DNA of 64,000 nucleotides from Octopus vulgaris (Eukaryota): NCBI GenBank assembly GCA_951406725.2, contig OX597823.1, positions 86,924,001 to 86,988,000 of the forward strand, read 5' to 3'. Shown piece by piece: positions 29,923 to 43,935 of this stretch (position 1 is its first letter; each line of letters starts with the position of its first letter). The notes under the pieces were generated by a model. It saw only the letters and a program-made list of their open reading frames with translations, ran no database searches and was not told where the DNA came from. The position numbers and the translations under genes were made by a program.

Positions 29923-30410
29923 CCCACCCCTGTCCTCCTTCAAACGAGCCCGTAATCTACGGGACCTCCTGGTCCACAGCACCCTCTCTCCTTCCCCCTC
30001 AGCCCCACACGGATCATTCCCTTGCTCTAGATCCCGCTGCAACACTTGCCCCTTCATCACCAACACCACTGCTGTCACCGGCTCCAACCGGCGCACTGTA
30101 CGTATTAGGCACTCTTTTACGTGCACCTCGTCTGGCCTCATTTACTGCATTAAATGCAACCTATGCGGGATGCTGTATGTAGGACAGACGGGACGCCGGT
30201 TGTCCGATCGTTTCACAAAACATTTGAGGGACGTTCGCCTACACTCCCTTTCTCCTATCGCACGCCACTTCCGCTCGGCCAGCCATTCCCTAGATGACAT
30301 CTCAGTGTTTGGTCTCGCCCCCACAATGGCCGTCCTCTTTCTAGGCTCCACTTGGAGCAACGCTACATCTTCACCCTACAAACCACTACCCCACACGGAC
30401 TTAACACAGC
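29870..30410 (+). pseudogene. Penelope Cys-rich linker and GIY-YIG endonuclease (frameshifted)
   Basis: FKRARNLRDLLV, CSRSRCNTCPF, FTCTSSGLIYCIKC, YVGQTGRRL..RF.KH, IARHF. Confidence 0.85.
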
Positions 30411-33400
30411 CCCCTCCTCCTAGTTTTTTTTTTTTTCTCGGACAAACACCCCCCCACACACACACACCTACCTACATCCCACACGCCTGTTCAAACACAC
30501 ACATACGGATACACATCTACGTACACGCATTCATACATCTAATCACACATACTTACAGACACACATGCACACACTAACATACAAACCAACACGCACATAC
30601 ATACACACATACATACATACACACACACATACATACTTACACACACACACACACAGACATACATACATACATACACACACACATACATACGTACACATAT
30701 ACACACACACACACACACATCACACATACATACTTCACACACCTATACTTACATACACACACACATGCACACATACATGTACGCACACACACATACATAC
30801 ACACATACCCACACATGTACACCTTTACACGAATGCACACACACATACACCTATTCGCACCCAGGCAGCCCCCCCTTTTTTTTCTGCTTTCTAGTTTTGG
30901 TTGATGGATCCTCGGTTCCCGTGGAGCGGGTTGTTCGGGGGCCCCCGCGCGCGCACGCTTTGGCGCGTGATTGGGGTTGGTCGGCCCCATGGGCTTGCGT
31001 TGTATTGTTTGTGTGTTGTGTGTGCGAGCGCGCTTCGTGTGTGTGGGCGTGCTTTGGTTGTGTGCGTGCGTATGTATACATACATACCCACACACACGCA
31101 TGCATTCCTACCCACACACATACACGCACACCTACTCACACACACACTTACACACACACATACACACACACACACACACACATACACACACACACACACA
31201 CACATACACACACACACACACACACATTCATACACACACACACCTCACACATACACACACATACCTACTTCAGACATACACACACACAGACATACACCCA
31301 TACACTCACACTCACACGCATACACACACACACACACACGCACACGCACACATACACACACACACACACACCTACATACATACATTACACTTGTACACAC
31401 ACACACTTACATTCATACACACACACACCTCACACATACATACACACACATACCTACTTCAGACATACACACACACAGACATACACCCATACACTCACAC
31501 TCACACGCATACATACACACACACATACACACGCACACGCACACATACACACACACACACACATACATACATTACACTTGTACACACACACACACACATA
31601 CATACACACACACACACACCACACAGCCATACCTTCACTCATACATACACACATACCTACACACACACACAAACACTCACAGACACAGACACATACTTAC
31701 ACACACACTCGCCTGCACGCGCACACACATGCATGACAAACACCCATACACTCACACTCACATACACACACACCAACATATACACGCACACGCACACATA
31801 CACGCACACACACACACACGCCTACACACCTACATACACACACATGCATACACACACATACACGGACACACCCATACATACTTACATACATACACCTATA
31901 CACACACGCCTACACACCTACATACACACACATGCATACACACACACACATGTACGCACATACACACACATATACGCACATACATATATACCTACACACA
32001 TGCACACACACACACACACATACGCATGCATGCATGCACACGCGCACACCTACACGCATGTACGCATACATGCACACACACACACACGCACGTACACATA
32101 CATACATACACACACACATACATACACCCATACACATACATGCATCCTACACACACAGACATACACACTCACACACACATACACACACACACACTCACTC
32201 ACACACCTGCATGTACGCGCACAAACATGCACATACACACACTTCCACACACACACACGTACATACATACACACTCATACACACACACACACACACACAC
32301 ACACGGACATACATCTATACACACACATATACACACACACATACTTACATACATTCATCGGACACACTGACACTCAGACTTACACACAGACACACTCACA
32401 CATCCACACACATACATACTCACACACGCAATCGCAGGCGCGCGCACATACTCGCTTGTGCGCGTTCGCGCACGCATACACGCACGCTTGCACCACGCTC
32501 ATGGTTGACCGACCGGATCTCCTGTCCGTATCTGGGGCCGGCGCGTTGTCTTTGGGTTCTCCCACGCCTGTCGCCGCGGGACCACTCTTCCATCTTCCCC
32601 CTCCACCCCCCTTCGCTGCAGTTCTTTTTCCCTTAAACCCCCCCTTTTGTACACACACGCACACACATACACACACCCACTCACACACACACATTTGCAT
32701 ATATATACACATTACACTTACACACACTTCAAATTTACTTGCCACACACACAACTACGCACGCTGGACATATACACACGCTACCACTCAACACACACACT
32801 GGCACGTTACATACGCCCCCACCCTTTCCCGCCCCGCACGTACTAACATATACATATTTTCTGTTTTTTTATCACGCCTCACACACACATACACACACGC
32901 ACACGCACACACTCACACATACATACACACGCACACACACATACCTCCCTGTTTCTGATCTGCCTTTCCGACTTGCTAGGGTACCCCCACACCACTCCTT
33001 TAATTCTACTACTGCCCGCTACTAGCCATTGTCCACCATACACACACATACACACACGCACACACTCACACATACATACACACGCACACACACATACCTC
33101 CCTGCTTCTGATCTGCCTTTCTGACTTGCTAGGGTACCCCCACACCACTCCTTTAATTCTACTACTGCTTGCTACTAGCCATTGTCCACCATACACACAC
33201 ATACACACACACGCACACTCACACACACACACCGTCATCTCGCAACACCTTTTTTACCATTCCCTCATTGATTCAGCTCTCCTGTTTTTAAAAAACATTT
33301 TCCTCCTTTTTTACTACTTCCGTCTTTTCAGTATGTGACCTCGTGAAGACGACCTGCAATTTTTTTTTCCTCTGTCCTCCCGTCTCGGGATCTTTCTTTC

Positions 33401-33536
33401 TTTCTCTTATGTTTCCGACGAAGAGTTCCGCTCGAAACGTCATACCCTCCTTCTTCCATTTTCCTGAGCGCCTAATAATAATAATACTGTAATTGTTCCA
33501 CGTGTTGTTATTTTTTCTGTTTTCCCGTTTGGATTA

Positions 33537-33601
<65 letters not shown>

Positions 33602-33725
33602 CTTTATTTAAAAGCAGCAGAAAGACTGTTGAATTTTCTGCTGCTTTTAAAGAAAGCATATTACTCTACCACTGGTATTTGAGTACTCTTTTTTCCATCT
33701 TGTTTCGCATTTATGTGTTTACTCC

Positions 33726-33791
<66 letters not shown>

Positions 33792-34435
33792 AATATGTAA
33801 TTAATAATATCAAAGATTAAAATGAAATAATAGATATTTCCAAATACCAGTGGCCTAGCGTGTAAAAAAATTTAGTCAATAGACTATATATTTTTCATAT
33901 AAATACAGTGTAAATTTAAACACAAAAGAGGTATCCATCATAGGACACCTGCACGCTAGAGAAGACAGTTAAATTCCAAATTACTATTAGGAAGAAAATT
34001 TAGAATGGAATGAAAAATAAAACATTTACCATTGAAATTTTATCCCTAATATTGGTTTGGAATTTAACTGTCCTCTCAAGCGTGCAGTATATATATTAGC
34101 AAAATGAGGAAAAGAAAGCCTTCAAAGGAACTGTGATTGCGCATATCAGAAAAAAAATATATAAATCGAAACAAGTTGTTCGCCTTTTACGGTTTTTATA
34201 ATTATTTATATAATAATACGTTATGTTATATATTATATTCATAGTATTTAAGGCTAAATTGTAATATAAATAAATCATTGGATTCATCCGTCTTCCTTTC
34301 TATTGGACTTTCCTCTGTTTCTGATGAAGTATATTGCTCGAAACGTTAAACCATCTTTCTTTCCTTCCAACATGTACCATGTCCTCACTTTGTTGTTCTT
34401 TTATTGTTTGTTCTTCTTTTTGGGGATTTACTATG

Positions 34436-34478
<43 letters not shown>

Positions 34479-35987
34479 GTGTACATTTGTGCCTCTGTTT
34501 GTCCTACCAATACCGCCATGTAACACCGGTGATGCTCTATTTACGTCTCCGCAACAGAGTGTTCCGGCAAAAATCTTCGATTAAATAAGATAGACTTAAA
34601 GTATATGATTACAAGGAATGAGGTGGTTTCGAAATTTAAACCCTTCAAGGCGGAGCCCTAGAATGGCTAGAATCCAATGACAGAAACAGACAAACTTACT
34701 TACACACAATGAGCTGCTGTCATGACATGTCTATCGGTAATCAAAGATCCACCACAGTGTCGTCCTCCGTCTTCCAGGGAAACATTGAGGAATACCATAT
34801 GAGGAAACTCACAATATTGACTTTCAGTTCCACCCACAATATGTTCGTTTACATCCTTAACTGAAAACAAGAAAATATCTCATTTTTCTCACTGCACACA
34901 CGTATATTGGATCGCATTAGCATTTGTATGTGTTTAAGCACTCTTTTAACTCTGATATTTTGTTTTAGATAAATGGGACTCCAAAACTTTTATCACAGGT
35001 ACAGCATCAAGTTTCTGGAACCGTCGTATTCAAGGGTATTTCGTATTAATGATTTTCTGAACCAGCAGCTGGTCACAATCTAAATAAAATAAATATTGGT
35101 CGGCCCGAAAGTAGAGTAGGCACTTGCTCTAGGTGACAAGCAGTGGGACTCAATCTAGAACCATCTGGTAGGAAAGCAAGTTTCTTACCAAACAGCCATA
35201 TATTAAAATTCGTTATAGATTCTTCAAGAGCTGAAGGATCGTAAAGTCATTTTGCCTGATTCTGTGACTTGTATATTCCGCTACCCATCCCCTCCCCCAC
35301 ACACACTCACACATTTCGCATGATTACTCATTCTTGCCAGCTCAGTTAACTGGAACTATTTGAAATGGTGTGCCTTGCTCAAGACCACAACGCATCGCCT
35401 CGTTGAGAATCGAAATCACAATCTTTCGATTATGAAACCAACACTCCAACCACTAAGCCATATGTGTGTGTACGAGCGCGTGTATGTGCACGTGTGTGTG
35501 TACTCTTTTACTTATTTCAGTCATTTGACTACGGCCATGCTGGAGTACCGCCTTTAGTTGAGCAAATCAACCCCAGCACTTATTCTTTGTGAGCCTAGTA
35601 CTTATTCTATCGGTCTCTTTTCTTGAACCGCTATGTTACGGAGACGTAAACACATCAGCCTCGGCTGTTAGGCGATGTTGGGCGAACTAATACAAACACA
35701 CAACACACGCACACACACAGACACACACACGTATACATATATATACCTATATACGACAGGCTTATTTCAGTTTCCGTCTACCAAATCCACTCACAAGACT
35801 TTGGTCGGCCCGAGGCTATAGTAGAAGCCACTTGCTCAAGGTGTCACGCAGTGGGACTGAACCCGGAACCATGAGGTTGGTAAGCAAGCTACATACCACA
35901 CGGCCGCTCCGCAAAATGGAATTAAAAGGTCGAGAAGTAAAGGAAAAGGATGAAGTACGCCTTTGGGCACTGAGAAATATTTGTGTG

Positions 35988-37356
35988 CAGTATTTCCTCG
36001 ACTACCGCGGGTGCTATATTCCAACCCCATCCCACTGTAATAGGTGAAAATCCGCAAAGTAGAAACAGTATTACACTGTTCAACTTTGCCTTTCATCCTT
36101 TCAGGGTCGACTAAATAAGTACCATTTACGCACTGGAGTAGATATAATCGACGTAATCTGTTTGTCTGTTCTTGTGTGTCCCCTCTGTGTGTAGCCCCTT
36201 GTCGGTAATAAGGAAATAAGAAACAGTATTGTACTGTATAATTTTCTCATTATTTTTATTATCTGTATATATCTATTTTATTATAAATGAAAAACAACAC
36301 CACACACTCGCGTCCCAAGTTTCAATTTCCGTACAGTGTGTGAGATTCGTTGTTTAAACTTCTACGGTAAACTACATAATTTTTATAATGTATTTTAATT
36401 AAATTAGGACGGCGAGCTGGAAGAATCGTTAACACGCCAAGCGAAGTGCTTAGCGACATTTCGTCTACTGTTACGTTCTGAGTTCAAAGTCTGCCTAGGT
36501 CTACTTTGTCTTTCATCTTTTCGGGGTCGTTAAATTAAGTACTAGTTGCGTACTGGGGTCGATCTAATAGACTGCCCCTCCCCAAAATTTTTGGCCTTGT
36601 GTCTAGTGCAGAAAAGAATGTATAAAAAAAAAAGATGGAGGCATGTTGTAAGAGTGCTGTACGTGCAAGGAACCATGTGAATAGGCTAAAGAAGGAAACA
36701 AGAGATGAACGAAGTACCAGCGATAGATCGGGGTTTATGGTGTCGGACAGTGGCCTGATCATCGCTACATTTGTGTCATATTTGTATTATGTATTTCATT
36801 CGATTCTTATATATTTTATATATTTTTATATTCATATTTATGTAATATCATAACGTGTTACTGAGCCTAAACAGTTGTTTTGTCCTATTCTTTGTGTAGC
36901 CCTCTGTGGCTAATAAAGAAATTGGTATTTCATCAGCCGCTACGTTCTGAGTTCAAATTCCGCCTAGGTTGACTTTGCCTTTCATCCTTTCTGGGTCGAT
37001 TAAATAAGTACCATTTTCGCACTGGGTCGATGTAATTGACCTAATACCTTTGTCTGTCCTTGTGTGTCCCCTTTATGTTTATCCCCACTGTGGGCAATAA
37101 AGAAATAAATATATTTTAATTAATGTTTAATACAGTGCAATATTGTACTGCATTTTAATTTATTAATTTTTTGGAGTGAAAATGCTTATTTTACCACAGA
37201 AATAATTAAAATCTACAAAAATATAAATACCTATCGGTCGCTGAAACCCACGATATACTGAGGAGACCGCGATATAAATTTACATATATAAGCCATAAAA
37301 ATCCGCGATGTAATGGTGGCGCGATAGGTGAACCACGACATGACGAGGGATTACTG
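35988..37356. mobile_element. Tigger/pogo-like non-autonomous DNA transposon with nested SINEs
   Basis: Termini CAGTATTTCCTCGACTACCGCGG and (reverse complement) CAGTAATCCCTCGTCATGTCGTGG; internal ccgcgatata motifs. Confidence 0.65.
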
Positions 37357-37469
37357 CATACACATTATTCTCAAAATAACGTCTTAAAATATTGTCTTTT
37401 AGTCACAGTAATTCATTCAACAAAAATAAATAAATATATAAAATGAAATAAGTTTCGAATGAATCTGGG

Positions 37470-38130
37470 AGGGGTTCTGAACAAAAATTAAAAACGGTTT
37501 GTATCACATTAGTATGTCATGGTACTTGAGTCCATGCAAAAACTCCGAGTTTTTTTCTTAGGGAAAATCATGCGGGTATATTTAGAAATGGGCGTGGGGG
37601 AATGGAATTTCTAAGGATCCAACATCACCCCACGCCACCCAGTTTTCCGGCCCAAAAAGAAGGTTTTGTGGCATATTAGGTCACCATAATTCATTCAATG
37701 GAAAAATTCCAGGTGATTCAGGAGTTGGGGGAGGTCCAGTTCCCACCCTTTTTTTTCCGAACAAAAATAAGGTTTTGCGACACATTAGGACGTCAGGGTA
37801 CTTGAGTCCATGCAAAATATCCAAATTTTATTTTTCGTAGGGAAAATTGTGCCGGTGTACTTACCAATAGGATGGGGAGCATTTTTCGAGGGCTCCACCC
37901 CACCCCTTTTCCGGACCCACCTTTTCGGGGGTCACCGTAATTCATTTAACGAAAACAAAAAATTTCCAATGATTCCGGGACGGATGGAGGGATTCAGTTT
38001 CACCCAGCCCTTTTTTCCGAGCAAAAATAAGTGGTTTCCGGCACATTAAGAGGTGTGGCTACTTGATTCTACGCAAAACATCTGAGTCTTTTCTTTCTTA
38101 CTGAAAATCGTGCGGGTGTAATTACCTAAA
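37470..38130. repeat. Degenerate ~260-280-bp tandem repeat (about 2.5 units), probably an old transposon-derived satellite
   Basis: Recurrent aacaaaaat..ggttt..cacatt..gtacttgagtccatgcaaaa..gggaaaat..tgcgggt at ~37480, 37760 and 38020. Confidence 0.6.
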
Positions 38131-39329
38131 TATACCAAATATCCACCGTAAGTTTGTGAATATATATTTTATAACAAAAGTATGCGACTTGTATATTTTC
38201 CTGTTACTTTCTGTGCGTTCCAGAAAAATCTTACAGATTATTTTTGTTGTGTATATTGACTTTTAACGAATATATAGTTATTTAGATGCGCTGGCTATAT
38301 TAAAGCAAAACAGTTGGTAACGATTCTTAACTAATGTAGAAGCTCGTGTCACCGAAAATAAATAGAAAACAAAAACGAGTTCAAAAATATCTTCACAAAA
38401 TTTATTCATCAACGAGGTGTCAGGGTCCTATTAATGGATGGAATTCTCGTTTACCTTATTCTAAGCCAAACCTGACTCTGTTTCTCTCCTTTAGTTTGCG
38501 ATTTCATCCATAACAATTTTGCTCCATGTAATCCATTTTTACTTGTACGCTATCCAAATAGATAAAAATAAAACTCTCTAAAAAGGGGATACCTAAAATG
38601 TAATACTTCAATACATGTTAGTGACTTAAGCACTAAAAGAAAAACTACGAAGTGATTGAAATCAAAAACAAAATTGTATAAAGACAACATGGCTGTCATT
38701 CAAATTATGTGTGTCCTCAAGACTAACGCACACACACACACGTTCATTTACGAATGTGTTTAGAGACAAATAACGGAGGGAAAGCGTTCACGTTTCAGTC
38801 CGTGTATAATATTGTCTTTAAATTTCGGCACTAAGCCAGCAATTTAGTGAGAGGTGTTTTGTTGGTTATATCGACTCCAGTGATCAAATGCTACTTATTT
38901 TATCTAGTCAGAAAGGATGAAAAGCAAAGTGTACATCGGCGGAGTTTGAACTCAGAAACCAAAAGCAGACGAAATGCATTTTTTACGGCGTACAACTGAT
39001 TCTACAAGCTCGCTACTTTCAGTCCATGTATAACATTAAAAGTACACTGAGAAAGGTCCATATCGATACAGACTTTCTATATATTTATTTAATGCTGCTA
39101 CTATGACGTACAAAAAGTGGCATGGCTGGCTCTAAATATTTGAATTATCATTTGTTAGTAGGAACAGCAATAACGCATGCAACCATCTAGATAATCTTTT
39201 TTCGTCTCTTTCAATCGAAATATTGGAACATGTCTTCTCCAGATACAGGGATTGGACAAAATAAAGGAAATACCTAGCATCATAGCATCATAATTTTGAA
39301 ATATCTATAAAACCGTCGATCTCTTTCAA

Positions 39330-39562
39330 ATGCTATGCACGGAGTTTCCTTCAATACTGATGCAGAATTGAGAGCTTGGTTGGATCAATTTTTCGAAATT
39401 GAGTGATTTCTAATATTGAAAATCTTGTTGAACGTTGGGAAAAAGTTGTAAACAACAAGTATGAATGCATTATTGATTAATTAGCTGTTACTTTTTATTA
39501 ATCATTTTAAAAAATTTAAATTTAAAAAAAATGGAGGGTACTTAGTTGCCAACCCATTATAA
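39330..39562 (+). mobile_element. Mariner transposase 3' remnant with right TIR
   Basis: IENLVERWEKVVNNKYECIID* followed by acttagttgccaaccca (mariner-type TIR). Confidence 0.65.
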
Positions 39563-40116
39563 TTGAACTGAAGTAAAAGGAATAATTTTATGCATGCGTA
39601 CCCATACACACACACACACACACACACATACACACATATACAGGGTGTTCAAAAAGTCTCTCCACAGTAAATATTTAATGGTATTCGGGCAATTCTTATA
39701 AACTGATCCTTTACTTGCTCCCGAGAAAAAAGTCTGATCGTGTTAAATCAGGTGATTTTGGTCGCAAAATTCCCTTCGAAATAATCTGTTCACTGAGCGC
39801 CATGGTGATGTGCAGGATGAAAAATTTCACTGAGGAGAGATTGTTTGAACACACTGTACATAGACGCATAATAAGTACATTTTTTGTTGTGTCTAGGGAG
39901 AGTCATTTTCTTTTTGTGCCTTATAATTTAACACACTCACCGGTCAAATTTCCACTTATTTCTTATTTTTATTTTCCTAAAATTTTCGTTGCGTCTTGCA
40001 ACCTTTTCAATAGTCTTGACACTGTCCGTTATTTACGCTGCGCTCCTTTTTGTTTGTTTGTGCAAATGTGTGTATGTGTGCCTATGCATGCATGCATGTA
40101 CGTATTTATGTATGTG

Positions 40117-40148
<32 letters not shown>

Positions 40149-40564
40149 TGTATGTATGTATGTATGCATGTGTGTGTAAGTATACATGTGTGTGTCTGCA
40201 TATGTATATATGTATGTATGTGTGTGCATCTGTATGTATGTATGTATCACGCATATTCATGTGCTTGCGTGTTCGTGTTTGTGTAGTTTTATGTGTGTGA
40301 GCGTGTGTTTGTATATGCATGCACTTCTGTCTCCTTGTGTGTGTATGTCTGTGTACCATGTTTGTGTGTGCATGTCTATGTACCATGTTTGTATGTATGG
40401 ATGTGCATCTCTATATGTGTGGACCCGTGTCTCCATATGTGTCCTTGTGTGGAGAAAAGTGTGTGTGTATATATGGTTATGTGTTTCAGTCACCATTTGC
40501 GTATGTGGAGGTATGGAGGTATGATATCTACTATGTATATTTAGTTTTTAGTATTGGGGAAGTT

Positions 40565-40775
40565 TCATTTTATAAGAACGTACTCCCATATTTGCCTGAG
40601 TGTTGGGTCTTTTGGGTACTTGGATAAGATGCGGATGTCAAGTTGAGCCAGGTTACTTCCATGGTGGTCTTTGGCATGTTGGTAGAGTATGGAGGACTGT
40701 TTCTTGTCATCAACACACGAACTCTTATAAAGATTCTTGCGAACCAAATCCAAAAACGAAATATGTTTCATAATC
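40565..40775 (-). mobile_element. Penelope GIY-YIG C-terminal fragment; homologue in opposite orientation at ~53340-53405
   Basis: SSILYQHAKDHH...IRILSKYPKDPTLRQIWE; shared 'tcgtttttggatttggtt..agttcgtgtgttga' block. Confidence 0.55.
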
Positions 40776-41193
40776 CGTATATTTCGAAACTATAGTAACG
40801 TAATCATTATTGTCCTCTGAAAACCCTGACGATTTTCCTTACAAGGAATTTAAAATGCGAATGTATATTTTTGAATATCCTTCGTAATATTAATTTCCAG
40901 AAATTAAACAATTTTTGGTTAATATGTTGATTAATTAATACATTAATTTGTATCCATTAGATCTCTCTGCATTCTAACTCAATTAGTATATATACGTATG
41001 TATGATTGTACGTATGTAGGTAGGTATGTATGTATGCATGTAATTATGTATGTGTATGCATGCACACAGATACTTAAAGACATATATATATATTAGTGTT
41101 CAGGTCACTGCCTAGAATCGAACTCGGAATATTGGAGTTAGTAGACTGCGCTCTTAACCCCAAGGTTCCCAGTTCGATTCCAAGCAGTGACCT

Positions 41194-41552
<359 letters not shown>

Positions 41553-41556
<4 letters not shown>

Positions 41557-42645
41557 CACGAGCAAAACAAAAAACTAAACACGAGCAAAACAAAAAACTA
41601 AACATGAGCAAAACAAAAAACTGTTCTCAGTATTTAAGGAAGCTGACAAATACAAACAAGAAATCATATCACCTAATAAACACAAAGAAGAAGAAGAAGA
41701 TGATGAAGAAAGAACAAAAGCTATAAAACAAATGAAATCCAAACTAAAAATAGAACAGCAACGAGCCATGATGAAACGATGGCAAGAACAGCCCCTTCAT
41801 GGTAAATACTGCACTAAACTAAACGCAAAAGAAATAGACAAAGAAAAATCCCAGCAATGGTTGAGAAGCTCAGGACTCAAAGCAGAAACAGAGGGATTTT
41901 TAATTGCAGCACAAGACCAAAGCCTCCCCACCAGAAATTACCAAAAACATGTAATGAAAAGAAATATTACAAGTAACTGCAGAATATGTGGAGATGGACA
42001 AGAAACAATAAATCATATTATCTCTAGCTGCCCAGTCCTGGCTAAGAAGGAATATATTCACAGACATGACAGAGTTGGAACCTACATACATTGGAAGCTA
42101 TGCCAACATTATGGAATAACAACAGAAAAAAGATGGTATAGGCACACACCAGAAAAGGTCACAGAAAACGAGAAAGCAACCATACTCTGGGATATGCCGA
42201 TACACACAGATAGAGAAATTAAGGCCAACAGACCAGATATAGTTGTCAGAGATCATGAAGAAAAAAAATGCTTTCTAACTGATGTATCAATACCGGCAGA
42301 TGACAACTTGTCTCTAAAAGAAATGGAGAAACTCTCAAAATACAAAGACCTGGAAATAGAGATAACTAGAATGTGGAACCTGAAAACAGAAACAATTCCT
42401 ATCATAGTAGGTGCATTAGGCATGATAAAAAAATATTCAGACAAATACATAACAAAAACACCAGGACTTACAAACACATATAACATACAGAAAATTGCAC
42501 TACTAGGCACTGCACACATCCTACGCAGAACACTTTCCATACAATAACCATCAGAGCATCACAACAAATCACAGCACATACCCAAGGCACACAGAGCTGC
42601 GCTCGGTAGTGAAGTGAAAGCACGCTATAAAAATAAAACTACTGA
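41553..42645 (+). mobile_element. R4/Dong-clade non-LTR retrotransposon, 3' fragment (CCHC finger and restriction-like endonuclease)
   Basis: ORF 41732..42547: ETEGFLIAAQDQ, CRICG..ETINHIISSC, RHD, NRPDIV, D..IP, K..KY.DL, PIIVGALG; short 3' UTR; flanked on both sides by (TAA)n. Confidence 0.9.
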
Positions 42646-43223
42646 ATAATAATAATAATAACAATAATAATAATGATAATAATAATAATAATATCGAAAA
42701 ATACCTTAGGAATGAGAAACCACGTTCGAAATTTCGGCAAGACACCTTTTGAAGGCTGGAGGGTATATCAGCCGAAACTTTACATACAAGATGAGGACAA
42801 ATATCCGTCAAATGTAAATAATGTAAATAATGTATATAATTCCTCATCTCTTAAATATAGAACTGTCTACTTGAAATCAACTGTTTAAAATTTAATTATT
42901 TCACGTTCTATCGAGGTTTCTCAATACTTCTCACGTAATTTTTTGAATACATGTTTCGAGTGTGAAACATATTATTATAGTATGATGTGTCGACAAAAGA
43001 CTCTCTTGGATATCTAAGAGTTTCAATGGGTATGTGTTTGACATATAATGAATTGAATTTCGGTGGTTGTGGATTGCACTTACTTGATTGTATCGTCCGT
43101 TAAAGTGTTTTTGTTGTTTGTTTTTTTTAATACTTTATGTAACACAGACATTTCAATTAATTTTTACAATCCGGCCTTCCTGTCTTACGGGATTTCATCT
43201 TTCTGAAGCAAGGGACCTGAAGT

Positions 43224-43291
<68 letters not shown>

Positions 43292-43292
43292 C

Positions 43293-43845
43293 AAAATTAA
43301 ATAAATGGTACAACGGCGTACCGATATTTACTGGAAAATAGCGAACGTAAAAAATACGACGCTAATGTATAGCTTCACTGCGTATGTACTAGTAAAGATG
43401 CGTGTGTGCAACAAAGACGAAAAAAATTTGTCTTACCTCTAGGAAGTACATCTGAAAGATGACATACCTAGAAACGGATAACGTGGTACCGGTTTCAGAT
43501 TTTTCAAACACGTATGCCAAACGTATATTTGATTTACCTTCATCAGCCAACGTATACCTCGACAACATTTCGAATGTTGCCACATCTATGCCAGTACACT
43601 CGTTTGCACGGCAAAACGTTAACAGAACGAGAACAGTGAAGAAATTTCAATAAAAATAGTAATGCAATACGAGAGTATTGCTTTCCAGTAAAGGATAGCC
43701 CGTTTTTTTCGTGTTTGTTGCACACACGCATCTTTACTAGTACATACGCAGTGAAGCTATTCATTAGCGTCGTATTTTTTACGTTCGCTATTTTCCAGTA
43801 AATATCGGTACGTCGTTGTACCATTTATTTAATTTTGTGTATAAA
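43293..43845. repeat. Inverted-arm module (~140-bp arms) between (TA)n tracts
   Basis: aaaattaaataaatggtacaacggcgtaccgatatttactgg... / ...ccagtaaatatcggtacgtcgttgtaccatttatttaatttt. Confidence 0.88.
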
Positions 43846-43896
43846 TTTACCCTCACGGGCTATCCTTTACTGGAAAGCAATACTCTTGTATTGCAT

Positions 43897-43935
<39 letters not shown>

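Larger units (their letters stand above)
28337..33540 (+). mobile_element. Penelope-like retroelement (Neptune-type), 5'-truncated, with long CA-rich 3' region and pLTR
   Basis: RT ORF 28432..29922 (IKPADKGG, YFLPKIHK, GRPIVS, DVKSLYT, GVAMGT, RYIDD). A frameshifted Cys linker plus GIY-YIG follows (CSRSRCNTC, LIYCIKC..CGMLYVGQTGR). The pLTR with a hammerhead-like core ends at (TA)n. Confidence 0.92.
27055..34860 (-). pseudogene. Tandem paralogous S1A protease pseudogene ('gene A') retaining only exon 2 (34704-34860) and exon 6 (27055-27213)
   Basis: Exon 2 reads KDVNEHIVGGTESQYCEFPHMVFLNVSLEDGGRHCGGSLITDRHVMTAAHC. Exon 6 reads GDSGGALLYRTTVDYKYVVAGVASYGFDCHEGFSVFTNTANYRDFIDENISE*. Exons 1 and 3-5 were not found, an exon 2->6 join would be out of phase (2 vs 0), and Cys201 is Tyr. 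Confidence 0.85.

Noticed and set aside
30765-33025. 323-, 489- and 684-aa His/Thr-rich ORFs
   Set aside because: (CA)-rich repeats lack stop codons in all three frames; part of the Penelope 3' region
34975-35080. Possible alternative exon upstream of gene A exon 2
   Set aside because: Has an acceptor but stops in all frames and no resemblance to the signal-peptide exon
38455-38549. Minus-strand exon-like segment (RTSKNGLHGAKLLWMK...)
   Set aside because: Short, weak acceptor, no homology I can recognise and not linkable to either protease gene
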